Assembly (NCBI RefSeq): GCF_964213995.1
Contig: NC_135815.1
Coordinates: 78,616,001-78,680,000, forward strand
Length of the DNA stretch: 64,000 nucleotides
Direction: 5' to 3'
Source of the DNA: Mustelus asterias
Lineage: Eukaryota
The stretch's first letter is position 1, and every line of letters begins with the position of its first letter. The notes under the pieces were generated by a model. It had not been told where the DNA came from and did not search any database. It saw nothing but the letters and a program-made list of their open reading frames with translations. Below are positions 37,586-50,505 of this stretch, piece by piece. A program made the position numbers and the translations under genes.

Positions 37586-38371
37586 ATCGTTAGTACATCA
37601 TTGCACTTCCAAAACCCAAACGCACAGCCTCAGAATGGGAGAGAGACTGGGGAAAAATTGCACAAAACAGTCGATTAAATGGTGGGATGAGACTTCCACC
37701 CAACTGATAACATGAACATCTGATCATATTTTTCCTGGGGTCGGGAAAATTGTTCTCACTGTGTATGCAGGGCACAATCTCCGTGACAATCCTGATCCTG
37801 GTCAGGTTTCTAACAGGCTGTTGGAGGGGAAATTGGGCAATCTGTTGCAGCTAAAAGTCTGCAGCAGCAGAATTGGGCACAAGCGTAGCATGTCAGTCAG
37901 AAAGAGGAGAGAGGGAAAGTTGGAGCACTAGAATACTGATTAGTAATGGCAAGAGGACCAAGACTTAAGGATTGTCAGATGATGCTAGCAGTAATAAGGG
38001 TCAGAAGACACAGCCATTTGGCATCCAGGGAGTTTTGTCCCAGGAAAGGATGCAGCATGGAGGAAGGTCGTACTGTACTGGGAGATGGAAAATCTGGGGA
38101 AGAGCTGTCAGAGGCAGATGGACAATGGACGAAGAGAGAACTTGCGTGCACAGATATAAATGTTTGTTACCTGCTAACAGTGTGATGCAAAGCCTTGTTG
38201 TTATTGTTCAGTTAAGCTTTTCTGATTCACAAGTTAGAAGCAACATCCCAGGATGAATGCCATCTTGTGTCCCTCTCAGAAGTTGAAATAAGGATCTGGT
38301 GAGCAGTGTAGCACTTGTTGGGGACTCCTTTCCCCACTCCAACATTGCAGCTTAACTACTCAAGCACAAGT

Positions 38372-38678
38372 CCGGCACGGTGGCACAGTGGTTAGCACTG
38401 CTGCCTCACAGCCAGGGATCCGAGTTCAATTCCCGGCTTGGGTCACTGTCTGTGTGGAGTTTGCACATTCTCCCTGTGTCTGCGTGGGTTTCCTCTGGGT
38501 GCTCCGGTTTCCCCCCCACAGTCCAAAGATGTGCAGGTTAGGTGGATTGGTCATGATAAATTCTCCCTCAGTGTACCCGAACAGGTGCTGGACTGTGGCG
38601 ACGAGGGGATTTTCATAGTCACTTCATTGCAGTGTGAATATAAGCCTATTTGTGACTAATAAATAAACTTAAACTTAA
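38372..38678 (+). mobile_element. V-SINE with a different 3' tail
   Basis: HE1-like head and V-domain, but the tail is GTGGCGACGAGGGGATTTTC...AATAAATAAACTTAAACTT. Confidence 0.8.
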
Positions 38679-39158
38679 GTCCAGATTCATCCAAGATGAT
38701 TCATCCAAGGCTGAGAACATTATTAATACAGGAGAAATCACTGTGGACCATGATGAACTATGAGAAGTGAATGGAAAGGAAAAAAATGTGTTCCACTGAG
38801 ATGGGGTGGAAGCAGACAGAAATGAGTATTTAATGATAGATATTGTCCATGACACCAGTGAAAACTCCCCTGTTCTTTTTTGAAATGTTGCCTTGGGATC
38901 CTTGAAGTCTGCATGAGAGGGCAAACCAGGTTAAAGTCTCATCCAAAAGACAACACTTGTGACATTGCAACTCTCCCTTAAAGAGACACAGGAATGTCAA
39001 ATTGTGCTTAAATCTCTTTGATGGGGCTTGGAATCACAACCTTCTGACTCTGAAGTGAGAGTGCATCCCACTGAGCTACAGCTGACAGTTAAAACAGATA
39101 TTTTTTACCATTTTTTTTTCAAAAATGAAATCGTCTGTACTATTACTGCTATAATATA

Positions 39159-39402
39159 CGAACAAAGAACAAAGAACAAAGAACAATACAGCACAGGAAC
39201 AGGCCCTTCGGCCCTCCAAGCCCGCGCCGCTCCCCAGTCCAGGATTGAATCCTGAATCCAGGATCCCCACCCAATTTTCCAGCCTATCTACATACCAATA
39301 TCCTATCCACCGAGCTGTCCCTCACAGCTACGATGCTTTGTTCATTACAACCTATTAACTTACCCCCACCCCCCCATTCCAGACCATGTGATCTCCAGGG
39401 AG
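39159..39402 (-). mobile_element. CR1-type 3' tail with (GAACAAA)n
   Basis: Same tail and 3' UTR start as 52205-52515. Confidence 0.65.
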
Positions 39403-40899
39403 AGTTAAATACATCAGCTGAAATTTAATTACAGATTATACTTAATGCAGACATTACTGTTAATTATAAATGACCAAAACCGAAAATGGCGTGTGTTTTT
39501 TTTGGCTGCAAAGGGATTCTTCCTGTTTGTAGTTATGCACTATTTATGGGAGAGAACTTTTCTGCAGTTAGTCTCGAAATTGTGTTCACTATTTTGGATC
39601 ACACAATTTCAAAATAATATTCCAATAGTCCTAATAAATTTATGTGGCAGTCTCAGATCATTGTGAACTATCAATTGAAGTGCAAGACGAAACTCCCAGA
39701 TCAAAGTACAAGCATAAAAAAATCTGCTGTTACCAACCAGTCTTGTGAGTTGCAGCTTAGGGATGATTACACCATTTCGTCCAAAGAAGTAACAAATTGT
39801 GCTGAACGAAGAGAAAAACATTTTATCCGATGAATAAAAGTTTTCTAGCACCACATATTTAAAATTCTTTTGACAAATGTACCTATGCAACAAACATTAG
39901 AAAGAAAAGTTTGAAAATATACTCACGGGCAATTTAGTTGCTTATCATCTTCTTTAAATACTGCAGTATGTTGCGAAGATGAATCTTCTGCCCAAGCTCT
40001 GTTAACAAAAGACTCAGTGTTGAGTAACTGCTGGATGTTTACTGGATGTTGATCATGTCAGAAATTGGTCATGAACTTAAATAAGGCAGTTAGTATCTTA
40101 TGGATCACCATTCATGAGTCAGTGTGTTAGCTCCCGAAACCAGAATAGCCACTGTCAACAGAGTGCCTTTTGTATCATAACCTTAATGCTGCTGGTCCAA
40201 AAGGCTTTGTAAGCCTTTAAAGCAACTGGCAGATCCCCTGTGGCATTGCATGCATTAAACAAATTGATACACTATTTTATAGAGAAAGAAAGACTTTCAT
40301 TTATATAAAACCTTTCGTAACCTCAGGAAGTCAGAAAGCACTTTCCAACCAATTAAGTACTCCAGAATTATACTGTTAGTTAATGTTAGAATGTAAGATT
40401 CCTCAAATAGCAATGTGATAATGACCAGGTAATCTGCTTTAGTGATTTTGGTTGAGGTATACATGACAAGACATTGGGGAGAACTCCTTTTCTTTGAAAG
40501 GTCTTGGTTAATCATCAAAGTCACAAAGTGGGGCACTGTAGCACCCATAGTTTCAGAGCCAGTTTTCTAACCAAAATGACATCCACACCATGCATGCACA
40601 CATCTGGCATGGCCCAACCCAAATATCATCTAGGTGAGGATGTTAGCCCTGGAGATTAGGAGCTTGCACTGGGTGTAAGGAAGGGCAACACCTCTCATGG
40701 GTAGGATTGCTGCACTCTTTGGACTGACTCACCCTGTTTGGTCCTCACCTTCATCCAACTCTCACCAATACTCCAAGTAGTTGTTAGCATGCAACAGTGG
40801 CCCACCCCGGTAAACCGCTTTGAGCCACTAAGGGTAGCCATTGGGTTTCCTACCTTTGGCGACTTAGAGATTTGTCCAGAGAAACATATCCACTTTCAC

Positions 40900-41410
40900 T
40901 TGAGTTGGCTTTGGAAACTTCTGCAGATCAGATGACAGGACAAAATATCAGACAGTGAGGTGTTTACCCAGGCTGGCCTGCTAAGCATCCACTCCATATT
41001 GAGACAATCAACAACTGAGTTGGGCTGGTCACGTGGCCAGAACACCTGACACAACATGCTTACAGAAGCAAATCTTCTATGGAGAGCTTGAGTCTGGGAT
41101 GTGCTCTCATGGTGGTCAAAGGAAGCACTACAAAAACACTCAGAAGGTTTCACTTAGGAAACACCAAGCCTTGGGAGAAGCTTGCCCAAGATCGCTGCAC
41201 CGAGCACAATCAAATCAAAAATGGTGAGGCTTCTTTTGAAGGCAATTTCATGAGGCCGACAGAAAACATAGTAAGAAGAATCTTTAGCCAGAAACTCATC
41301 CAAGACTCAATCTTGGATCTTGTTCAGTTTGCAGCAGAATCTTCTAGGTGCATATTGGCCTTAGCAGCGATCACCCATCAGAACCCTACCAAACATCTCG
41401 GATGATGAAC
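40900..41410 (+). mobile_element. RTE-clade (BovB-like) LINE 3' fragment
   Basis: LQIR.QDKISDSEVFTQAGLLSIHSIL...WAGHVART...KQIFYGELESGMCSHGGQRKHYK. Confidence 0.8.
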
Positions 41411-41796
41411 ATGGTCACTTTCACCTCAAAAGGTGAACAAGATGAGGAGCTTGCACCAGAATTGTGCAGAAGGATTTGACTTCAGTCAACATGTAATACT
41501 GATTTAATACCACCTTGTTGCTTTAGCAAACACCCTCTCTTAACTTCATGCAGCTGGGAGGATTTTCCACAAGCAATATTTAAAGGGATCATCAACAACT
41601 TGCAGGTTAGTTGCTGATTCCTTTCTACTTGCCTTGTTTGAGTTCATGGAACTGCAGGGTGGCTTGAGGAGATGTTTACAGCTGGGGACGTCTTGAAGGA
41701 AATTGACACAAATGGGGAAGGCATTTGCCTTCAAGAGTTCTGAACACACCACCTGCTCCCTGTCACGGGTGGTATGGTTGAAATATGCCTTGGGCA

Positions 41797-41955
41797 GAAT
41801 CATAGAATCCTTGCAGTGCAGAAGGAGGCCATTCGGGTCAGCATCAACCACAATCCCACCCAATCCCTATTCCCGTAACTCCACATATTTACCCTGCTAA
41901 TCCCCCTGATGCTAGGGTCAATTTAGCATGGCCAATCCCGCACATCTTTGAACTA
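41797..41955 (-). mobile_element. HE1 SINE 3' fragment
   Basis: Reverse complement of the HE1 tail. Confidence 0.75.
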
Positions 41956-42299
41956 TGAAATATGAGAGAGAGATAGAGCAGAGGCAGCAGAAGACAAACT
42001 GTTCACAGAGAGGAGGAAAAGGCAGATAAGGACTCTCAGCAGAAAGCCTTATCCATCTAGGGATCTTCTGGGAGCATTTTTCTTGCCTCCACTTAAGCCA
42101 GGAGTATTGTGTGTACATTTCTTATACTTTACAAAGATAGTTTGCACAGAACTCTGCCATGTCTTGAAACCAGACCTGCAACCAAAGAGCAGGGTATGGA
42201 CAGTGCTGCCAGTTGCTGTGAATGTGGCTGTGGCTAAACTTCTTCACATTGAGTTTGGGATCCTTCCAGATTGGAACAGATTACATATTTAATTTCTCC

Positions 42300-43000
42300 C
42301 AGTTGGCCATCCATTGCTGCATTAGAGAGGTGACATTATGGCAGGAGACAGGAGTTCATTGTGTTCTCTTAGAACAGAGAGAAGCAGGTGGAGCTGGAGA
42401 CTCGATATGTCCATGGTGCAGGATGACAATGAAAGCAAGTGGCTTTGTGCGCACTGCATCTCAACACTGATCTCAATACTGCAACTGCAAAGATTGCCAT
42501 TTGCTGAATGTGCAGTTGGCTTGTGACAATGCTCAACATATGATGCTGGTGAATACTCACTAAGCTAGAAGCAATCATGATGCTTTCTGCCTGAGCCAGC
42601 CCACTGTTCCCTCAGTCATTGCGCCACCATGACAAACCAGAGGGTAGCTGCTAGATGACGAGCTATCCATTTAACATTTGGCTCATGATTCACAACACAA
42701 GCATACATGGCCAGCCTATGTAAAATTAGAGCATTGCTGCAGGGGACACATTATCGAGCAGATTATTGGGGTGCTCAAGCAACAGCTTCAGCTGCTCTGG
42801 AGAAGCTCTCCACTACTCGCTGGAGTGTATGTCCTGATTTGTAGTGGTCAACTGTATTCTCTGCAACCAAACCATCATGAGGGTACAACGCTTGCCACTA
42901 AGGATATGGCAGCCACCTCAGGAGGAGGCAACTGGCATACAAATGTTCCAGTTGGGCTGTCCCAGATCACTTCATCTATATACAATGGTTGTCTTGGCTC
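42300..43000 (+). pseudogene. Decayed PIF/Harbinger transposase fragment
   Basis: LNVQLACD...HDAF...G.LLDD..YP...IIEQIIGVLKQ pattern with stops and frameshifts. Confidence 0.6.
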
Positions 43001-43926
43001 CCAGCCAAATATACATAATGAGGATTGTACCAGACACATATTAAGCTTGTTGGCTGCAGTCACTGGCTTGGTGCCTCACTATGTGCAGTTCCTGCCTATA
43101 TGCTATCCTCTAAAATAAAGGCAGTGTCAGTACCTGAGTTGGTGGCTGTGAGTGTGAGATCGAGTAACGCTGTTTCTTCATTCAGCATGTTGAAATAGCC
43201 GTGCCCCAGAGAAAACATTGATTGAATGACAATTCAAGCTATGATCTCTGCTGTCAATTTCACATGTTTGTTTACACAACATTAAGCGCTTTCAAGCATT
43301 TGTGGTTTTTGTTATTGATGCTTTAAAGGATCTGGATGATTAACATTTTTATTAACTTGTAGTGAAATGACTTTTTTTAGTCATGAATGAATTACCATTT
43401 TCAAAGCTTTTATGTTTACCTGTTCCACTGTCTCAACAGGGTTCATTAATTCTAGACAATGTTTTGTGGCTTAATGGGCATGTAAGTGCCATAGCTTGAC
43501 ATGGAGTGCATGAAGGGCCATGAGTGATGGGTGGAATAGCAGAGCTTGGCATGAGGGACCAGAAGGGATAGGTGGGGGCATCAGGTGGTTTGGAGGGTGA
43601 GGGGGTTTGAGGGGTAAGGGCTGGAGGGTCTTTGCGTTTTTATTTTAACTAGGACAATTGCACCAAGGCGGGCCTTTTAAACGGCCTGCCTCCATACCTG
43701 GCAGCCTCTGCGGATGCCTCCAAACGTCTCCTTGGGTCGGCTGGCTTAACTCCAGCCCACACCCACCCCCGGCAATGAAGATCCTGCCTTTGCAAGCTCT
43801 TTCTCCTGGGGCAGGTGAGACAAACTGGGAATTTTTGCAACTCCCGCTACCTGCTTCAAGGATGAAAATCCAGGCCAATGTTTCTTTACTCTGCACGATG
43901 CACAGGCCAAGACTGAGCTGGAGTTC

Positions 43927-44271
43927 ATAGAATCATAGAAACACTACAGTGCAGAAAGAGGCCATTTGGCCCATTGAGTCTGCACCAACCACAATCCCAC
44001 CCAGGCCCTACCCCCGTATCCCTACATATTTACCTGCTAATCCCTCTAACCTACGCATCTCAGGACACTAAGGGGCAATTTTTAGCATGGCCAATCAACC
44101 TAGCCCGCACATCTTTGGACTGTGGGAGGAAACCGGAGCACCCGGAGGAAACCCACGCAGACATGGGGAGAATGTGCAAACTCCACACAGACAGTGACCC
44201 AAGCCAGGAATCGAACCCAGGTCATTGGAGCTGTGAAGCAGCAGTGCTAAACACTGTGCTACCGTGCTGCC
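43927..44271 (-). mobile_element. HE1/V-SINE, full length
   Basis: Highly similar to the reverse complement of 11288-11634. Confidence 0.92.
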
Positions 44272-44759
44272 CATTTTCCATTCTCCGTGGCAGTGCCAGC
44301 ATGTGTTCTGGCAGGCCTACCAATCCACCAATCATTTCTATGCACATTGCCCATTTAAATCCCCATCTGAATTCTCTGCAAAAGAGTTTGTTTATGACCT
44401 CCTCCTGGCTGCAGTCACTTGCTTGTTGCCTCATTATGTGCAGTTCCTGTCTGTATGCTACCCTTTAAAAAAGGGCAATGCCAGTATCTGTGTTGGTGGC
44501 TGTGAGTATGAGATCGAGTAACACTGTTTCTTCATCATCAGTGTCCTGCTCCTCTTGGCCTTCACGCTCCCACGTCACTGCTTGGCCAAATGGTATTTTT
44601 GGGTATCTAAAAGAAGAAAGGCACATCTGTAGCATTGTGCTGAATGGAGAGAGAAATGTAAAATGTTCATGTTGACCACATTTGCAGCTTGTGTATCAGC
44701 AGAGATTGTGGGATGAGGGTGAAGTTGAATGTGAGAAGATGGGTTAGGTAGAAACATAC

Positions 44760-45500
44760 TAGGTGGGATTCTCTGATCTCATTCGTCCTGCCCCTGCTGC
44801 AAGTGAGAATAAAGAAACCCATCCGCATGCGAGGTTGGAGGTTTCTGGCGACTGTCTTCTTCTGAAGACTCAGCCCTGTCATTAGCACAGTTTTAGTGGT
44901 GGCCTCTCCAATGATGGTGACTATGTTCCATGAGGCTGAGGACAAGCAGCTCTGTCTGTTCCTGCTGGTTAGCTACGCTGCTTGAGGTTATGCGCCACTT
45001 TATCCTGCAAGAAAAAGAAAAGCGAGTCAGTGAGTGTGATGCAATATATTTGGGTAATGTGGCTATCATGATTGAAAGCTGGCAATGTGTGCAAGATGTG
45101 AGGTAAGTGTATGAGCTTGCAGCAGTGCTATGCGTATGAGGCTGGTCTGAATGTGAGTTATGAGACATGCTTGATAGAGACTGTTGGTAGATGAGAGAAG
45201 AGGGTGTGGTGAGTTGAGCAGTGAGGCTAGTGGATCAGTCATAAGGATATGGCATTTAAAGATTCATTTACTGACAGTGACCACTTTCAGGAGGTCATTA
45301 ATCTTGCAGCACTGCATCCAAGTCATCGGGATGACATTGTTTTCATTGAATTTGAAGGCTATTTGTTCCATTCCCTTCTAAGTGCTGGACGGCCTCCAGG
45401 TCTCCTGTAGGAGAGGATTTCTCTCCTCCTGTTCACCTCCTGCATCAGGACCTCGCGTTTCGCATCAGACATCTGGGAACCATTTTTGGTCAGGTTGTGC
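44760..45500 (-). pseudogene. Decayed Harbinger Myb/SANT-like accessory gene
   Basis: Minus strand has MTWMQCCKINDLLK (RTW.QC.K..DL-like), then an acceptor cttgcag|GATAAAGTGGCGCATAAC (DKVAHN). It converges on the transposase relic at 42.3-43 kb. Confidence 0.5.
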
Positions 45501-45656
45501 CATCCTGCCTACTTTTGTTGGTTACAATGCTCTTCAACGACTTCCAGTAGCTGTGGCAGCCACTGTGCTGCTTTTAAGAGATACTGTGGCCATAACGGCT
45601 TCCTGCAAGTGGCAGGTAACCAGTTAAGGTCATATAAAGACCAATTAAAGCTATGG

Positions 45657-45994
45657 ATCATAGAATCCCTACAGTGCAGAAGCAGGTCATTCGGCCCATC
45701 GGGTCTGCACCAACTCATCAACAGAGCACCTTATCCAGGCCCTATCCCTCTAACCACACATATTTAACCCACTAATCCCTCTAACCTACACATCTTGGGA
45801 CACTAAGGGGCAATTTACCATGGCCAATCCACCTAACCCACACATCTTTGGAGTGTGGGAGGAATCTGGAGCACCTGGAGGAAACCCACACAGACACAGG
45901 TAGAATGTGCAAACTCTGCACAGTCACCGGAGGCCAGAATTGAACCAGGGTTCCTGGTGCTGTGCGGCAGCAGTGCTAACCCACTGTGCCACCA
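45657..45994 (-). mobile_element. HE1/V-SINE
   Basis: Head, V-domain and tail on the minus strand. Confidence 0.88.
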
Positions 45995-46079
45995 TAACCT
46001 CAGTTTTGAGTGGCAATAGATTTTTGGACAATGAGAGGATTAAGAGATATGGGGAGCAGGAAGGGAAATGGAGATGATA

Positions 46080-46558
46080 TAGAATATTTATATGAAGCCT
46101 TGGTTAGGCTGCATTTGGAGTATTGCCTGCAGTTCTGGTCACCACACTACCAGAAGGATGTGGAAGCTTTGGAGAAAAAGCAAAGAAGGTGTATCAGGAT
46201 GTTGCCTGGTCTTGAGGGTGTTGGCAATGAGGAGAGGTTGAATAAACTAGGATTGTTTTCACTGGAAAGATGGAGGGTGAGGGAAGACCTGATAGAGGTC
46301 TACAAAATTATGAGAGGCATAGACAGGGTGCATAGTGAGAAGCTTTTCCCAGGGTGGAAGTGTCAGTTACAAGGGGACACAAGTTCAAGGTGAGAAGGGG
46401 AAAGTTTGAGGGAGATGTGCAGGGGAAGTTTTTCCACACAGAGTGGTGGGTGCCTAAAACATCCTGCCAGAGCAAGTGGTGGAAGCAGGTACATTAGCAA
46501 CATTTAAGAGGCATCTGGATGGGTATATGAATAGGGAGGGAATAAAGGGATACAGACC
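46080..46558 (+). mobile_element. CR1 3' part
   Basis: LYEALVRLHLEYCLQFWSPHY...; same family as 1770-2145. Confidence 0.9.
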
Positions 46559-46564
46559 TGTACC

Positions 46565-47177
46565 TGTACAGTACCTGATACGCTGCAAGAAAGGATGTCC
46601 CGAGGCATGGTACATTGGGGAAACCATGCAGACGCTACGACAACGGATGAATGAACACCGCTCGACAATCACCAGGCAAGACTGTTCTCTTCCTGTGGGG
46701 GAGCACTTCAGCAGTCACGGGCATTCAGCCTTGGATCTTCAGGTAAGCGTTCTCCAAGGTGGCCTTCACGACACACGACAGCGCAGAGTCACTGAGCAGA
46801 AACTGATAGCCAAGTTTCGCACACATGAGGACGGTCTAAACCGGGATGTTGGATTTATGTCACATTATCAGTAACCCCCACAGCTTGACTCCTGGACTTG
46901 CACAATTTCACAAGCTGTACTGTCTGGAGACAATACACATCTCTTTAACCTGTGTTGAATGCTCCCTCCACCCACATTGTCTGTGCATTTAAGACCTGGC
47001 TGGCTGTAGAGATTTGCATTCTAATCAGTATTCTGTAATTTGATTTCTGTGTCTGTGCCCTGTTTGAGAACAGAGACCACTCCATCTGACGAAGGAGCAT
47101 TGCTCCGAAAGCTTATGGTATTTGCTACCAAATAAACCTGTTGGACTTTAACCTGGTGTTGTGAGACTTCTTACTGT
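46565..47177 (+). mobile_element. Penelope 3' end (GIY-YIG C-terminus plus terminal repeat with hammerhead-like core)
   Basis: YLIRCKKGCPEAWYIGETMQTLRQRMNEHR...GLNRDVGFMSHYQ*; ends AACCTGGTGTTGTGAGACTTCTTACT. Confidence 0.92.
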
Positions 47178-48119
47178 ATAAAAATTGGTGCAGAAAGAAC
47201 ATTTCACTAGAGAGTAACATACTGAAAAACACTTTCTACTTGTTTTGAAATTTTGGTTGTATATATAGGGCAATATTTTGGAAGCCAACCAGAGGTGGGA
47301 ACGGAGGCAGACGGGCTTGGAATATCCTGCCACTGGTTGACATGCCAATTTCCCAGCATAGTCTTGCGTCTGAACTATTTCTAAGGAGGCTGAGTCGGGG
47401 ATGAGACAACTGCCCATCTGCAAGTGGCCAACTGAAGCCATTAAGGCCAGTTTCACTGACTAGAATCACCCAATGGGCAATTGGAACACAGACAGTGAAA
47501 AGGGACCGTTTCCCAGAGGCAGACTGGGGAGCGAGCACTCCTAAGAATCCTCTTCCATTGCACTAAAATTACCCTCCGCAAAGGCAGCTGTGGCTATTGT
47601 TATTCTCAAAGATTTTAAAAAGGCAGAGAGGGCCCCTCCACCTTGAGGCATCCTCTCTCTCTAAGTGGGCTATAACCTTTTCAATGTGAAGGACTTCTAT
47701 TGGCCCTGCAGCATTGTGAGCCCACCTACTATCCTTAATTGAATGGTGTGCACACCCTCTGGCCATTAAGTGGCCAATCCAAGTAAAATCAGTCTTTACG
47801 TGTCACTGTGTTGGGACTGGCAAACAATCCTGACTCTAGACCAAAGATTCGGCAAATAATTTTTATTTTAAGGTAGAGAAGGGAATCTGTTAGTTCTACA
47901 TTAATTGTAGGCAGATGATGGGCATTAACTAGGGATTCACTTGTGCCCCTATAACTACATGCACTGTCCCTCCATAGTTTAACTGGTTCATCATTTTGCT
48001 CCAAAAGAGTATAAATACACACAGACTGCAACTGCAATGATTATAGTAATCCATAACTGTGTAAATAAATGCTTATAAGAGATCGGTTCCAGTTATATCC
48101 TTCATCAACTGGCTTTAGT

Positions 48120-49375
48120 AATAGAAGTATCCAGCACAGAAAAAGGCCCATTGGCCCATCATATCTGTGCCAGTCAAAGATAAACCATCCAACTATTCTA
48201 ATGCCATTTTCCAGTACTGGGCCCACAGCCTTGTATGCCTTGGGAAGTGCACACCTAAATACTTCTTAAATTTTATGAAGGTTTCTGCCTCCACCACACT
48301 TCCAGGTATTGAGTTCCAGACTCCCACCGTCCTTCAGAAGAAAAGGTTTTTCCTTACATTCCCTCTAAACCTCCTGCCCCTTACCTTAAATCTATGCTCC
48401 CTAATCATTGATCCCTCCACCAAGGGGAAAAATTCCTTCCTGTCTACTATAACTATGCCCTTCATAATTTTATACATCTCAATCATGCCCCCCCTCAATC
48501 TCCTCTGTTCGAAGGAAAATAACACCAGTCTATCCAATCTCTCTTCATTATTAAAATTCTCCAGCCTAGACAACATCTTGGTTAAAATCTCCTCTGCACC
48601 TTTTCCAATGCTATCACATCCCTCCTATAATGTAGATTCCAAAACTGCACATAATACTCTAGCTGTGGCCTAACCAACTTTTTATATAGTTCGAGCATAA
48701 CTTCCCTGCTCTTAAACTCTATACCTCAGCTAAGAAAGGCAAGTGTACGTTATGCCTTCTTAACCACTTAACCTGCTACCTTAAGGAATTGGTGTACATG
48801 CACACCAAGGCCCCTCTGATCTTCAGTGCTTCCCAGGGTCTTGCTGTTCATCATGTATTCTTGCATCACCTCACACTTATCCATCTTTTTGACCAACCAA
48901 ATAAACTAAATCAAATTATCAAGGGACAAATTAAAAGGGGCAGCTCCTAAAAGGAGGGGAACCGCCCGAAACAAAAGACGAAGTAGAAAGGAAACTTAAA
49001 ACATAAAATTAAAATATGATTAAAAGAGTCGATAATGCACCCCAGCCCGTGGTGCCCAGCAGGCACTGAAGACATTAACAGTGCCCTCAGATACTGCATA
49101 CTCCCTCTCCAGGAACACCCGGCCACGAATATAGCCACAGTAGAGGGGCAGACAGTCGGGTTGGATGATCCCTCGGTCGCCCGCTGCCTGGACCTGTTTA
49201 TGGCGAATTTTGCCACTCTCACACTTATCCTGGATTGAATTGCATTTGCCATTGATCAGCCCATGTGACCAGTTATTTAGCCTGTAATCTAAGGCTATCC
49301 TCTTCACTATTTATTTCCTCACCAATTTTCATATCATCTATGAACTTACTGATCAACCCTCTTGCATTCAAGTCT
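48120..49375 (-). mobile_element. CR1 3' part interrupted by a Tx1-type LINE
   Basis: RLDRLVLFSFEQRRLRGGMIEMYKIM; CR1 sequence resumes at about 49218. Confidence 0.8.
48883..49217 (-). mobile_element. Tx1/L1-clade LINE 3' end
   Basis: AKFAINRSRQRATEG..QPDCLPLYCGYIRGRVFLEREYAVSEGTVNVFSACWAP. A-rich tail; 13-bp TSD CTCACACTTATCC at 48870-48882 and 49218-49230. Confidence 0.75.
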
Positions 49376-50134
49376 AACACTAGTGCACTCCCTATGTTAT
49401 GCAGTGTGTGCCGGCATTGTCACATTATTAAATATGTGAGTTAATCTCTCGGTGCAGCATGAGGTCATCCCACGACACTAGCAATATACACTCAACAGAG
49501 CAATTGGACAGCAACCTCACACCTACAACACATTGTTAACTCCATTATTTGATCAGGGATACAACAGGAGATAATCAAAGTATTCTCGTTAATATTTTGT
49601 TGTTTTATTTGTTTCATTAAAGTAAACATTTTAGAACTATCCAATTGAATGTTTTAGTGTAAGCTAAACAGAATGTGCATAATATGGATTCTTTGAAAGA
49701 AGATTGTATTTATACCTGTAGCAGGGGATACGGAAACCCCTGCTTTCTGAGAGCATTAAAACAAAGTAGATTAGTTAAAAAAAAGGGACCACAGTGTGCC
49801 TTAACTACATCAAAAGGTATCACAATGTGCCTCACTTATATATTATACAAAGGTATTGTCTGTATAAGCACATATATAACCATTTTTGAACACGCATTAT
49901 AGATTTAAACTGTATTTTTGTATTTTCTTGTGAGCTTTGGCCAACAAGCAATTTACCCCTTGGCATAATGGGAAATAGGTTTGATTAGACAGACCGCATT
50001 CTTTTGGAACAAAGAAGTATAAAGCATATACCCTGGGGTATATGCTTTATATAAGGGGCAGGCCAGGCAGATACAAGCTATCAAGGTTTTTGAAATGAAT
50101 AGAAAGATTTAACTTCTAGCTGCAATGAATATGA

Positions 50135-50505
50135 AGGAACTGGATAGGGTAGAGATGGAGAGATTCTTTCCACTTAGAAAGGAAACTAGAACTAGAGGGC
50201 ACAGCCTCAAAATAAAGGGGGGTCAGTTTAGGACAGAGTTGAGGAGGAACTTCTTCTCTCAGAGGGTGGTGAATCTCTGGAATTCTCTGCCCACTGAAGT
50301 GGTGGAGGCTACCTCGTTGAATATGTTTAAATCACGGATAGATGGATTCCTGATCGGTAAGGGAATTAGGGGTTATAGGGATCAGGCGGGTAAGTGGAAC
50401 TGATCTACTTCAGATCAGCCATGATCTTATTGAATGGCGGGGCAGGCGCGAGGGCTACATGGTCTACTACTGCTCCTATTTCTTATGTTATGTTCTTATG
50501 TTCTA
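50135..50505 (+). mobile_element. CR1 3' end, young family
   Basis: ERFFPLRKETRTRGHSLKIKGGQFRTELRRNFF; nearly identical to the reverse complement of 25490-25750. Confidence 0.93.

Noticed and set aside
39927-40050. Possible upstream ARHGEF33 exon ending at a gtgagt donor
   Set aside because: No in-frame ATG or clear acceptor. It could be a 5' UTR exon but cannot be supported from sequence alone.
46476-46874. CR1-GIY-YIG fusion ORF (132 aa)
   Set aside because: A chance in-frame junction of a truncated Penelope inserted at a CR1 3' end, with no start or promoter evidence.
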